DNA of 58,747 nt from Oscillospiraceae bacterium (GCA_017440525.1 JAFSHB010000091.1:1-58747); one strand, 5' to 3'. Positions 35,806 through 45,580 are shown, numbered from the stretch's first letter. The notes: generated from the letters alone by a model not told the origin. Program-made: numbers and translations.

Positions 35806-36725
35806 CAGTAGATATCCTCCCTTCTGCGCAGGTAGACCAGCTGGATGAGAGAGATCAGGGCGATGATGACCAGCAGCATGACAGACAGGGCGGAACCAAG
35901 GCCGTAATCATAGTCCTGGAAGCCAAAGAAGAAGATGCGCTGGGTCATCAGCATGGTGGACTTGCCGGGCAGGCCCTGCGAGATGTTGTAGGGCAGCTCA
36001 TAGGCCTTGAAGCCGGCAATGGTAGTCGTAATAACATTGATGGTGATGGAGGAGGCCATCATGGGGAAGGTGATATGCCACAGCTGCTGCCGTGGCTTCG
36101 CACCGTCCAGTGCGGCCGCTTCATACAGATCCTGAGAGATGCTCTGCAGGCCCGCCATAAAGACGATCACACAGAAGCCGATCTGCACCCAGGTAGCACC
36201 AATGATAACTGCAATGTTGGTGACAACGCGGGTCTCCAGCCAATTGACGGCTTCGCCGCCAAGGCCGGTGATGATCTTATTGATCACACCGTTGTTGTAG
36301 TTATACATGACACGCCACATGATACCGACGACGACGCCGGACAGCAGCGCAGGCAGGAACCACAAAGAGCGCATGAGCCCCCGGCTCAGACGCCCCTTGC
36401 CCTTCTTGTCCAGAGCGAGGGCTGTGATAAAGGCGATCACCACCGTTAAGATGGTGGTGCCGATGGCAAAGGTGATCGTAGCGATCATCATTTCCTTGAA
36501 GCCATCGATCTTGGCGATGTTTTGATAATTATGTAAACCTATATAGTTGTAGGTCTTGGAGATACCGTCCCAGTCGGTCAGGCTGTATCGGATGACCTCA
36601 AAGAGCGGATAGAGCATAAAGACGGCACAGAGTATCAGAGAGGGCAGGATGAAGATCAGGCCGGACCTGACTTTGTCACGCCCGAGAGCGTTTCTCTTGC
36701 CGGTGGTCTGTTTCGTATGTTTCAT
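35805..36725 (-). CDS. Carbohydrate ABC transporter permease (MalF-like)
   Basis: EAAALDGAKPRQQLWHITFP motif. Start at MKHTKQ. Confidence 0.85.
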   Translation of the reverse strand: MKHTKQTTGKRNALGRDKVRSGLIFILPSLILCAVFMLYPLFEVIRYSLTDWDGISKTYNYIGLHNYQNIAKIDGFKEMMIATITFAIGTTILTVVIAFITALALDKKGKGRLSRGLMRSLWFLPALLSGVVVGIMWRVMYNYNNGVINKIITGLGGEAVNWLETRVVTNIAVIIGATWVQIGFCVIVFMAGLQSISQDLYEAAALDGAKPRQQLWHITFPMMASSITINVITTTIAGFKAYELPYNISQGLPGKSTMLMTQRIFFFGFQDYDYGLGSALSVMLLVIIALISLIQLVYLRRREDIY

Positions 36726-36840
36726 AGGATCCCTCGTTTCGCTGACGGTTTGTTCAACAGAGCCCCAATGGAGGGCAGGATCCTCCATTGGGGCAGGTAT
36801 TATGTCCTAATAAGGGTATTTTCCCCTGGTTTTTTAATGT

Positions 36841-38184
36841 TTACTGGTTCTTGAAGGACAGGGGCATCATCTCGACCATCTTGTCTACCATGGCCTGTGC
36901 GGTGGCGTTGCCGGACAGCAGATCCTTGATCATGCCGTTGGCGGCATCGGAGAACTCAGCAGCCCACAGGTTGAAGCCCATGAGGACAGCAGGCGCCGCA
37001 TTCATGGCGGGAACGACGGGCAGCATGCACTCGGGCAGGGCGATCAGATCGTCTGTCATGCTGGAGATGACAGGCACGGTGCCGCGGGCATTCTGGATGT
37101 ACTTGAAGTTCTCGCCTTCGAACAGCCAGTTGAAGAAGGTCTCGACCGCAGCCTGCTCAGCCTCGGTGCGGGTCTCATCCACGGTGACGCAGAAGGCATC
37201 CTCGGGAGAGTTGGAGATCCAGGTGGTCTCGCCGTCACCGAAGGGAGGCAGCGTGGCAACGACCTTGGAGGCATCGCCGGTGGCAGTGGTGATGGCATCG
37301 GCCAGCATACCGCCGTTCCAGTTGCCGGCCAGGCACATAGCAGCCAGACCGTCGGTCATGTAGGCAGCGGCATCCTCTTCCAGTGCGGCTGCAGAGCCTT
37401 CCAGGAAGTAAGGAGCGATCTGATCCATCCGCTCCACCAGACCGGGAACACCGGCCCAGTCGAAGGTGCCGTTCTTAAAGTCTTCCTGATAGGCCTTGAC
37501 AGCGTCGGCATCGTTGAGCAGGTTGGCAAGGACCAGCTCCAGGATCATCCAGGAGGTGGTGGTCTTACCGGCAGCGGTGACCAGAGGAGCGGCATCGGTC
37601 TTTGCTTCGATATCGGCGCAGCACTGCATCAGCTCATCCCAGCTTGCGGGAGGCTCGGTCCAGCCGGCCTCCTCGAGGATGGCCATGTTGTAGAACATGC
37701 AGGAGAAGGCAGCGCCCTGGCACATACCGACCAGCTTGCCGTCCTTGGTGTAGGCATCCTTGTAGGTGTCAGCCATAAGGGCTGCACATTCCCAATCGGT
37801 CAGATCCACCAGCATATCACCGGCGACCATGGCATCCATATTGGGGGTGTTGTTGCTCTGGATCACATCGGGCAGGTCGTTGGCAGCGATACGGGAGGCC
37901 AGGAAGGTGTTATCCTCGCCAAGGCCAACATGCTCGACTTCGATCCAGGGATGTTCTTCTTCAAATTTTTCTTCCAGCGCATCCCATGCGTCAGCCCAGT
38001 CTACCTGTGCGATCCAGACTTCGATGGTGGCTTCTTCGTGCTCTTCAGGAGTTTCTTCAACGGTGGTCTCGGTGGTCTCGGTGTCAGGGGTAGTCGTCTC
38101 GGTCGTTTCTTCCGCAGCGCCGCAGGCGATCAGGCTGAAGGCCATCACCAGAGCAAGCAACAGGGCGATCCACTTTTTCATCAT
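36841..38184 (-). CDS. ABC transporter extracellular solute-binding lipoprotein
   Basis: Signal peptide with lipobox LIAC, T/E-rich linker, SBP_bac_1-like body. GGAGG RBS. Confidence 0.82.
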   Translation of the reverse strand: MMKKWIALLLALVMAFSLIACGAAEETTETTTPDTETTETTVEETPEEHEEATIEVWIAQVDWADAWDALEEKFEEEHPWIEVEHVGLGEDNTFLASRIAANDLPDVIQSNNTPNMDAMVAGDMLVDLTDWECAALMADTYKDAYTKDGKLVGMCQGAAFSCMFYNMAILEEAGWTEPPASWDELMQCCADIEAKTDAAPLVTAAGKTTTSWMILELVLANLLNDADAVKAYQEDFKNGTFDWAGVPGLVERMDQIAPYFLEGSAAALEEDAAAYMTDGLAAMCLAGNWNGGMLADAITTATGDASKVVATLPPFGDGETTWISNSPEDAFCVTVDETRTEAEQAAVETFFNWLFEGENFKYIQNARGTVPVISSMTDDLIALPECMLPVVPAMNAAPAVLMGFNLWAAEFSDAANGMIKDLLSGNATAQAMVDKMVEMMPLSFKNQ

Positions 38185-38220
38185 TTGATATTCCTCCTTA
38201 AAATTATGTTTCACGGTTTT

Positions 38221-39705
38221 TTACAGGCCGTAAACTGTTCCCAGCTGACGGGCATGGGCCTTATATTCCTCAAACAGAGCCGCGTATTCCTTCGCACGCT
38301 CCGGATCGGGCATCAGCACACGCTCCCGCACAGCCAGCCGTTCATATCCTTCCTCGGCATCCCGATAGATCCCGCATCCCGTACCTGCCAGAACAGCAGC
38401 GCCCACACAGGCCAGATCCGCCACTTCGGGGATCCGCACAGGTAAGTTCGCGATGTCCGCCACCATCTGGCACCAGAGGGTGCTCTTGGATGCGCCTCCT
38501 GCAAGCTTCAGGCCTTCCCTGGAGGGCTTCGTCTTGAACGAGGCCATCTTCCAGACTACCTGGAACGCAACACCTTCCATAATGGCACGGGCAATATCAA
38601 AACGGTCGTGGGAAAGATCCAGACCGATGAAGGACGCTTTTTCAAAGCGCACAGTCTCTGAGCTCTGGCCTGCAAAGGGATAGAAGAACAGGCCATGGTC
38701 CGCCGCCCGGCGCTTGGCGACTTCTTCGTTGATCACATCAAAGCCCAGCTGCTCTCCATTGGGGCCAACAGCCAGATTCCTTCTCAGCCACTCCAAACAC
38801 ACACCGCCGGAGGACAGGGACCACAAAGAGCCCCATTTGCCGGGCACAGCCGCGATGGACTGGGCAAGGCCGGATTCGAAATCGGACTCATCACCGATGG
38901 CGGTGACGACCCAGCAGGTGCCGGAGCCGATCAGGATATCACCGGCATTGCAGGCACCGGCGCCAAGGGCCACAGCGTACTGATCGTGGGCGCCTGCCAC
39001 CAGGACACAGTCGGTGGAAAGACCCAGCTCCTCCGCAGCGGCCTCTGTCAAATTGCCGATCACCTCACCGGAGCGGACCAGCTTGGGCAGCTTCTCCTCC
39101 GTGATACCGGCAAATGCCAGCAGCTTTTCATCATACCTGCCTGTTTTGATGTCGATCAGCTGGTTGATACCGGCATCGGACAGATCCACAGCGGCGATCC
39201 CCGTCATCTTCAAAGACACATAGTCGGGAACAGACAGGAACTGCGCCGTTTTTTCAAAGTTCTCCGGCTCGTTGTTCTTCATCCAGCGGATCTCATTGGC
39301 AAGCAGTGCGTTGCCCAGCCGCCAGCCGGTGGTCTCATACATATAGTCCGCAGGACCGACTTCCTTCAGGAACTCTTCTTTTTCCTGTGTGCAGCGGGCA
39401 TCGTTCCACACCATGGCGGGACGGACAGGCTTGCCCTGCGCATCCACAGCCGCCAGCGTGCCGCCCTGCAAGGACAGGGAGATCGCCGCCACATTCCTGC
39501 CGATCTCGGGATCGGAACAGACCTCACGGACCGTCTCGACCACGGCACGCCACCAATCCTCAGGGTCCTGCTCGCTCCAGCCTACCTGCGGGGTTGACAG
39601 GCCGTAGGGACGGTAGGCATGGCCCAACAGCACACCATCCTCACAGAACAGCAAAGTCTTGGTGCCGGTGGTGCCGACATCGATGCCCAATAGATAACGC
39701 TTCAT
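38221..39705 (-). CDS. FGGY-family carbohydrate kinase
   Basis: LGIDVGTTGTKT N-terminal motif and the C-terminal GGASKS segment. Confidence 0.85.
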   Translation of the reverse strand: MKRYLLGIDVGTTGTKTLLFCEDGVLLGHAYRPYGLSTPQVGWSEQDPEDWWRAVVETVREVCSDPEIGRNVAAISLSLQGGTLAAVDAQGKPVRPAMVWNDARCTQEKEEFLKEVGPADYMYETTGWRLGNALLANEIRWMKNNEPENFEKTAQFLSVPDYVSLKMTGIAAVDLSDAGINQLIDIKTGRYDEKLLAFAGITEEKLPKLVRSGEVIGNLTEAAAEELGLSTDCVLVAGAHDQYAVALGAGACNAGDILIGSGTCWVVTAIGDESDFESGLAQSIAAVPGKWGSLWSLSSGGVCLEWLRRNLAVGPNGEQLGFDVINEEVAKRRAADHGLFFYPFAGQSSETVRFEKASFIGLDLSHDRFDIARAIMEGVAFQVVWKMASFKTKPSREGLKLAGGASKSTLWCQMVADIANLPVRIPEVADLACVGAAVLAGTGCGIYRDAEEGYERLAVRERVLMPDPERAKEYAALFEEYKAHARQLGTVYGL

Positions 39706-39870
39706 AGATACGCCTCCGGGAATTTGATAACTTATAGGCTTATTTTAATCGTTTTGGCCTTCCTTGTCAACGCATTTTGACCGTTTCGTTCAATATCTGT
39801 GTGTTCTCACAAAAATCCCATTCCTATTTTGGAAGATGCTATAAGGCACTCTTTTCGATCTGCAAAACAG

Positions 39871-39901
39871 GACAAAAAGCTCCCTCTTCGAGGGAGCTTT
39901 T
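39871..39901 (-). terminator. Intrinsic terminator after the FadR-type regulator gene
   Basis: aaaagctccct cttcg agggagctttt, with a T-run on the minus strand. Confidence 0.7.
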
Positions 39902-39909
39902 ACAGCAGT

Positions 39910-40602
39910 TCATTCTTCCGTATCACAAAGATAAGCGGCGTAGTCTTTTTTCAGATGCTCTTTCATGAGCCTCTTTGCTTCGGCGGCATCGCCCTTTGCC
40001 ACAGCCTCCGCAATGGCGCGGTGCTCTTCCACGCCCTGCCGGTAGATCTCCTCCGTCAGGCTCTCCAGCACGCGCATACTGCGCAGCTGCCCCGCCGCAG
40101 ACTGGTAAAAGCCCTCCAGCACCACATTGTGAGACATCCGGGCCAGCTCCATATGGAACGCGTGTCCCGCTGTCATCAGACTGAAACGGTCCTTCTTCTC
40201 CGCCATGCGATCGACCAGAAAGCGCAGATGGAGCTTTTCATCCTCCGATGCCTGCCCTGCAGCCAGCGCCGCCATCTGCGGCTCCAGGATATATCTGGCC
40301 TGCACCAGATCCTGCAGATGCTCCCGGTCGCCCATGATCGCGGCCAGAGCTCTCGTCTGCAAAATAGTCGGGGCATTCTGCGTCACATAGGTCCCGGAGC
40401 CTGCCTTGGTGCGGAGCAGTCCCGCCAGCTGCAGGCTTCGGACAGCCTCCCGCACCGTGGAGCGGCTGACATCGAACTCCTTTGCCAGCTCCGCCTCCGG
40501 CGGCAGCCGTTCCCCCGCTCTCCACTGCTCAGCACGGATGCGCTCCGTCACACGGTCCGCTACATCCTCATAGAGCTTGACACGGAAAATGGGATCGCTC
40601 AT
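39910..40602 (-). CDS. GntR/FadR-family transcriptional regulator (FCD domain)
   Basis: GERLPPEAELAKEFDVSRSTVREAVRSL wHTH plus a helical FCD domain. ATGA overlap with the upstream OCD-family gene. Confidence 0.85.
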   Translation of the reverse strand: MSDPIFRVKLYEDVADRVTERIRAEQWRAGERLPPEAELAKEFDVSRSTVREAVRSLQLAGLLRTKAGSGTYVTQNAPTILQTRALAAIMGDREHLQDLVQARYILEPQMAALAAGQASEDEKLHLRFLVDRMAEKKDRFSLMTAGHAFHMELARMSHNVVLEGFYQSAAGQLRSMRVLESLTEEIYRQGVEEHRAIAEAVAKGDAAEAKRLMKEHLKKDYAAYLCDTEE

Positions 40603-41588
40603 TTCGTCATATCCACACGGGTGACATCCACACCGGCCTTTTCGATCTTCTCCAGCACCAGACCGGCCAGCGCCACATCCAGCATGCCGGTACCGATGAT
40701 CTGGGCATAGATGCGGTCATCGGGATCCGTCCTTGCGGGCATCTTGCCTGCCAGCACCTCGGAGATGCGGATATCGAAGGAATTTTCATCGATCTCGCCC
40801 ATCTCGGCCAGCTCCTTGACATTGCCTCTGTGCAGGCTCTGACCCACCTGATCGACGGCGATCTTGTCGGCCTTGCGGACAACATCGAAGGAGGTCTCAC
40901 GGAAGGAGCCCATAGTCATGACCAGAGAGCCCTTCTTCAGCCAGGGCTCTTCCACCAGATCGGCATTGGCATTGGTGATGGTGATGATGACATCGGCGCC
41001 GCGGCAGCCTTCCTCGTTGGTCTTGCACTTGACGAACCTGAAGGGAGCATCGGGGAAGCGGGCGATGAAGCGGTCCATGGCTTCCTCAGAGATATCGCAA
41101 AGTCTGATCTCCTTCATATCCAGCACCTTGCTCATGCACAGCAGGCTGTAGTACGCCATAAGGCCCGTACCGATCAGAGTGATGACCTCGGTGGAGGAGG
41201 CCAGCAGCTTTGTCATGATCGCAGGCTGAGCACCGGTGCGGGCATCATTGATGAAATCGCCGGAGACCAGCGCACGCAGGATACCGGTCCTGGGATCGGT
41301 GACCAGCAGGTTGGCCTTGATATAGGGCAGGCCCAGGGCACGGTTGCCGTCGTAGCCGCCCACGACCTTGATACCGGCCACATCCATGGGGCCGATGTAG
41401 GCAGGCATGGAGTTGAACCAGCCGGCCACGCCCAGCTCGGACATATCGGTGGTGATCTTGTTGGGCATGACCACATTGCCCTCGCCGTACCATCTCCAGG
41501 TCTTTTCGACACAGTCGATGACATCTTCGATGCTGAGATACTTCTTGACAGTTTCTTCGCCAATGATCATGGCTCTCTGTTCGATCAT
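40599..41588 (-). CDS. Ornithine cyclodeaminase/mu-crystallin-family NAD-dependent enzyme
   Basis: 329 aa with Rossmann segment LIGTGLMA and family-typical N-terminal domain. Confidence 0.75.
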   Translation of the reverse strand: MIEQRAMIIGEETVKKYLSIEDVIDCVEKTWRWYGEGNVVMPNKITTDMSELGVAGWFNSMPAYIGPMDVAGIKVVGGYDGNRALGLPYIKANLLVTDPRTGILRALVSGDFINDARTGAQPAIMTKLLASSTEVITLIGTGLMAYYSLLCMSKVLDMKEIRLCDISEEAMDRFIARFPDAPFRFVKCKTNEEGCRGADVIITITNANADLVEEPWLKKGSLVMTMGSFRETSFDVVRKADKIAVDQVGQSLHRGNVKELAEMGEIDENSFDIRISEVLAGKMPARTDPDDRIYAQIIGTGMLDVALAGLVLEKIEKAGVDVTRVDMTK

Positions 41589-41653
41589 ATGTAACGCTCC
41601 TTAAGTGAACATATTTTTGGATGATACCATTATCAAAGAAGTTTCTGTCAAAG

Positions 41654-42967
41654 TCAAGTGGCAAAGCTGTCTGTTTTGCAGTCAGCTTGGATCTGACGGC
41701 GTAAATACAGCAGGGCTGCCAGATTCGGCAGGCACATGAGCCCGATGCACACATCCGCCGCAGCCCACACATAGGAAAGCTCCATGGTCGCACCCAGAAC
41801 GGCAAAAAACGCATAGCAAACGCTGTAGCCTCCGGCCCCGGACGGCCCCCATAAATATTCTGCACAGCGGCAGCCGTACATCTGCCAGCCGATCAGGGTC
41901 GCCAATGCCAGAGAGGCGCAGATCAGGGCGCAGATCGTCGGTGCCCATGGACCAAAAACAGTCGAAAGCGCCTCTGCCGCCAGCTCGACCCCGGCCGCGC
42001 TCCCATAGGGGATCGGCACACCGCTGAGCAGTACGGCGAAGGCCGTCAGCGAGCATAGGACGATCGTATCGAAAAACACCTCGAAGATCCCGAGCAGCCC
42101 CTGCGCATGGGCTCCAAGGGCAGATCCCGCATGGGCGATCGGCGCAGAGCCCATACCGGCTTCATTGGAGAACACACCACGGGAGATGCCCCACCGCACA
42201 GCCTGCCGCAGACCGATGCCCGCGCCGCCCCCAAGGACGGCCCGGGGAGAGAACGCACCAACAAGGATGTCCGTCAGGACCTGTCCCAGACCGTGCCGCC
42301 GGAGCACGATCACCGCCAGCATGGAAACGATATAGAGCCCCGCCATGAGCGGCACCAGCTTTTCTGTGATCCGCCCGATGCATTTGATCCCGCCCACCGT
42401 CACGAGCCCCACCAGCACTGCGGACCCGATCCCTGCGGCCAGCGCGACCGAGCGAGGCTCCGCCATGGGCATGGCGGCGATGAGCGAAGCTGCGATCGTA
42501 TGGGTCTGGGTCATGTTCCCCATACAGACAGATGCCAAAACAGCAAAGAACGCGAACACAGACGCCAGCCACCTGTACTGCTCCCCCATGCCAAGGCGGA
42601 TGTAGTACATAGGCCCGCCTTTTCCATCCCGTGTACAATATCGCTTCGCCAGCACCACCTCGGCATATTTCGTCGCCATACCCAAAAAGGCCGCCGCCCA
42701 CATCCAGAACACCGCGCCCGGTCCTCCCAGCGCGATCGCACCCAGAACACCTGCGATATTCCCTGTTCCGACCGTAGCCGCCAGCGCTGTGCAGACGGCG
42801 CGGAAGCCGGAGCGGTCGCCGCTCCGGAGGCTCTCCCCCATCTGTCCGACCGCCGCCGGGAGCTTTCGCACCTGTACGAAGCGAGTCCTCACCGTCATCA
42901 CGACGCCCACCGTCAGCAGCAGCACCATCATAGGCACGCCCCAGAATAGCTCCGCCAGCTTCTCCAT
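41654..42967 (-). CDS. Alanine/glycine:cation symporter (AGCS family)
   Basis: ALAATVGTGNIAGV and GGPGAVFWMW are hallmark segments. Confidence 0.85.
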   Translation of the reverse strand: MEKLAELFWGVPMMVLLLTVGVVMTVRTRFVQVRKLPAAVGQMGESLRSGDRSGFRAVCTALAATVGTGNIAGVLGAIALGGPGAVFWMWAAAFLGMATKYAEVVLAKRYCTRDGKGGPMYYIRLGMGEQYRWLASVFAFFAVLASVCMGNMTQTHTIAASLIAAMPMAEPRSVALAAGIGSAVLVGLVTVGGIKCIGRITEKLVPLMAGLYIVSMLAVIVLRRHGLGQVLTDILVGAFSPRAVLGGGAGIGLRQAVRWGISRGVFSNEAGMGSAPIAHAGSALGAHAQGLLGIFEVFFDTIVLCSLTAFAVLLSGVPIPYGSAAGVELAAEALSTVFGPWAPTICALICASLALATLIGWQMYGCRCAEYLWGPSGAGGYSVCYAFFAVLGATMELSYVWAAADVCIGLMCLPNLAALLYLRRQIQADCKTDSFAT

Positions 42968-43015
42968 CTCATCACCTCACAGACAGTGTATGTCTGTGCG
43001 TACTCAAAAAGAAAC

Positions 43016-43059
43016 CTCTCTCTGAGATCGTTCGACCTGAGAGAGAGGTGATAAGGTTT
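43016..43059 (-). terminator. Intrinsic terminator after the 98-aa membrane protein gene
   Basis: 10-bp stem acctctctct/agagagaggt, followed on the minus strand by ttcttttt. Confidence 0.6.
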
Positions 43060-43062
43060 ATG

Positions 43063-43359
43063 TCACGCGGTCAGCTCACGCAGGAGCTCCACCAGCTCTT
43101 CCAATAAGTTTGCGCCGATCACGGTGTGGAAGATCTGCGCGCAGATCATAGACACAGCAAAGAATACCAGACACAGGATAAGCCCCACGACAGAGCATGT
43201 CCTGCCCGCTTTTGCCGTAGCAAGTCTTTCTTCGCTTTTCTCCTTCGCGCTCAAAATGATGCCGATCACACCAAGGACTGCACCGGCCAAACGCAGACCG
43301 AGCCCAAACACGCCGCAAACGATGGAGATGATGCCCAATACCAAAGATGCAGCTGCCAT
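43063..43359 (-). CDS. Small membrane protein (2 TM helices)
   Basis: 98-aa ORF, two hydrophobic helices, 4 nt downstream of the TM2-domain gene. Confidence 0.6.
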   Translation of the reverse strand: MAAASLVLGIISIVCGVFGLGLRLAGAVLGVIGIILSAKEKSEERLATAKAGRTCSVVGLILCLVFFAVSMICAQIFHTVIGANLLEELVELLRELTA

Positions 43360-43362
43360 ACA

Positions 43363-43770
43363 CTACCTCACATAATAGGGGTTGGGCTTGAACAGCAAGA
43401 CCAGACAGTCGATGAACCAGCCGATACCAAACAGTCCAAATGTGATCAGATACACGATACCCAAGCCAACACGGCCCTCGTAGAACTTGTGGACACCCAA
43501 ATAACCAAGGAACAGACACAGGAAAAAGGCGACCCATTTGTTCTTCGTCCGCACGCCCAGTGCCGCAGCATTGATGGTATTTGTGTTGGTATTCGTATTG
43601 GTGTTCGCGTTGTTGATCACGATGCTGGGCTGCTCAGCTTTTTTTATCTCCTCCACCTGACAGCCGCACTGCGGGCAGATCACAGCGGCTTCCGCGATCT
43701 TCGCGCCGCAATGCTTGCAGAATTTCGTTTTCTGCTGCACTTCGGGCGTTGCAGTTGTTGTGTTGTCCAT
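43363..43770 (-). CDS. Zinc-ribbon plus TM2-domain membrane protein
   Basis: CKHCG...CPQCG zinc ribbon, an N/T low-complexity linker, and the LGYLGVHKFYEG TM2 signature. Confidence 0.75.
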   Translation of the reverse strand: MDNTTTATPEVQQKTKFCKHCGAKIAEAAVICPQCGCQVEEIKKAEQPSIVINNANTNTNTNTNTINAAALGVRTKNKWVAFFLCLFLGYLGVHKFYEGRVGLGIVYLITFGLFGIGWFIDCLVLLFKPNPYYVR

Positions 43771-43871
43771 GTCTATCTCTCCTTAACTATAATTATGTAG
43801 TCTAAATAAGACTATATAATTATAATATACTAAAACCATTTCTGTCAAGTTAAACTATACCTATAAATGAG

Positions 43872-44081
43872 GTGATAATATTGGCAGATGAGATCAAGAT
43901 CACAAAAAAGAATCCTCGCAAGGGTGACGATGGCTATAAGATCGTCTCTGTTCGCATGAAGGATGAACTGATCGCACGGCTCGACAAGCTGTCCGAAGAA
44001 TCCAACCGCTCCCGAAATGAACTGATCAACCTTTTGCTCACAGCCGCCGTAGACATCGTAAAGGTCGAAGAGAACGAATAA
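43872..44081 (+). CDS. Small ribbon-helix-helix (CopG-like) protein
   Basis: KIVSVRMKDELIARLDKLSEESNRSRNELINLLL fits the RHH beta-alpha-alpha pattern. Non-ATG start: GTG 43872 or TTG 43881. Confidence 0.5.
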   Translation: MIILADEIKITKKNPRKGDDGYKIVSVRMKDELIARLDKLSEESNRSRNELINLLLTAAVDIVKVEENE

Positions 44082-44161
44082 AAGAGATGCACCGGGTGCA
44101 TCTCTTTTATCCATATATATGGGGCAGCCGCGCTGTTCATCCAAACAGCGCGGCCTGTATT

Positions 44162-44710
44162 TTATCTTCTGTTCACGCCATCGGGTTCGTGTTCGAGGAG
44201 GGGTGCAAGGTATCCCTGCGCCTGCAGGGCTTCCTCGATGGCATCCAAGGTCGCTTCATCCCCGGCTGTGACGGTATGGTAGTGATATTCATCGGTGATG
44301 AGCATCAAAGGCGCAGAGCTGCTCTCTGCCAGACGCTTCAGGAATGCCGCCACATCCCGGCGGGAGCTGAGCCCCAGTTGTCCGCGCACCTCCCCATAGA
44401 CGCTGTGGCAGACGAACACATCCTCCACTCTGCCGCCTAGATCTACGATCTGCTGCAGCTCGTCCTGCGTCCGCTCCGTGCCGTGGCGGACCTTGAACAC
44501 CCGTCGGCAGGGCGTTTCTTTCTTCAAAAGCACATAGCCCTGATAGGTCGAGACGATCTCGAAGTCCGTTCCGGCCCGCAGCAGCGCCATATCCTGCACC
44601 ACGATCTGACGGCTGACACCAAGGAGCCCGGCCAAGGCTGACCCGGACAGAGGCTCCTCATGCTCCTGCAGGAGCCTCAAGATCTTCGCTCTTCTTTCTT
44701 CTGCTTTCAT
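44162..44710 (-). CDS. niaR: Transcription repressor NiaR (NadR, 3H domain)
   Basis: N-terminal HTH (RRAKILRLLQEHEEPLSGSALAGLLGVSRQIVVQDMALL) plus a C-terminal His-containing 3H domain. Confidence 0.8.
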   Translation of the reverse strand: MKAEERRAKILRLLQEHEEPLSGSALAGLLGVSRQIVVQDMALLRAGTDFEIVSTYQGYVLLKKETPCRRVFKVRHGTERTQDELQQIVDLGGRVEDVFVCHSVYGEVRGQLGLSSRRDVAAFLKRLAESSSAPLMLITDEYHYHTVTAGDEATLDAIEEALQAQGYLAPLLEHEPDGVNRR

Positions 44711-44821
44711 CCTGCCACCTCACTTTACACTTGTATATCTATCATACTCCATTTGTAAAAAAATTGCAATATCTCTCCAAACATGGTATGATCGTTTTAT
44801 CACACAGGAAAGGTGTTTGCT

Positions 44822-45574
44822 ATGAAAACTGCCATCATCACCGGCGCATCCTCCGGTCTGGGCGAAGCGTTCGTCCGCCAGATCGGGTCGCTGTTCCCCG
44901 AGATCGAAGAATACTGGCTGATCGCACGACGGGCGGAAAAATTGGGAGCCCTGACAGTAGACGGCGTGAAGCTGCGCGTCCTGCCGCTGGATCTGACATC
45001 CGAAGACTATCTTCCCGCCCTACAGGAACATCTGGCAAGATCCGCGCCCGCAGTCAGTCTCCTGATCAACTGTGCGGGCTGCGGATATTTAGGCAACTTC
45101 CATGAGAGCGAGCTTTCGGAGCAGTTCAGGATGCTGGATCTGAACATCCGAGCCCTGAGCGCTGTGACCCATGCGGTGCTCCCCTTCATGCCGGACGGCG
45201 GGAAGATCATCAATATCTCCTCGATCGCATCCTTCGTCCCCAATGTGCGTATGACGGTCTACAGCGCCACCAAGGCCTATGTGTCCTTCTTCTCCAGAGG
45301 ACTGCATGAGGAGCTGAAGCCCAGAAGGATCTCCGTCACCGCAGTCTGTCCCGGCCCCATGGCTACGGAATTCATCCAGAAAGGCCGCATCAAGGGCCAC
45401 TCCAGGACCTTCGATGTGCTCCCCTACTGTGACCCCGAAAAGGTGGTCAAGGGCGCACTGCGGGCGGCAAAGAAAGGCAGAGCCGTCTACACGCCCCATC
45501 CTTTTTATAAGTTCTACCGCGTGATATCCAAACTGATACCGCAAGCGATCTTGCTTCATGCGGCGAAAACTTGA
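44822..45574 (+). CDS. SDR-family oxidoreductase
   Basis: TGASSGLG cofactor motif and YSATK catalytic motif. Confidence 0.85.
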   Translation: MKTAIITGASSGLGEAFVRQIGSLFPEIEEYWLIARRAEKLGALTVDGVKLRVLPLDLTSEDYLPALQEHLARSAPAVSLLINCAGCGYLGNFHESELSEQFRMLDLNIRALSAVTHAVLPFMPDGGKIINISSIASFVPNVRMTVYSATKAYVSFFSRGLHEELKPRRISVTAVCPGPMATEFIQKGRIKGHSRTFDVLPYCDPEKVVKGALRAAKKGRAVYTPHPFYKFYRVISKLIPQAILLHAAKT

Positions 45575-45580
45575 GCCGAC

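Noticed and set aside
42968-43062. Possible glycine riboswitch or other leader upstream of the AGCS symporter.
   Set aside because: Only ~95 nt are available, and they are occupied by the terminator hairpin of the upstream gene plus the RBS. No glycine-aptamer core sequences are visible.
43560-43620. Asn/Thr repeat region (NANTNTNTNTNTIN) as a possible DNA tandem repeat or phase-variation tract.
   Set aside because: At the DNA level the codons vary (aat/aac, acc/aca/acg), so there is no perfect microsatellite. It is a low-complexity linker in a coding region.
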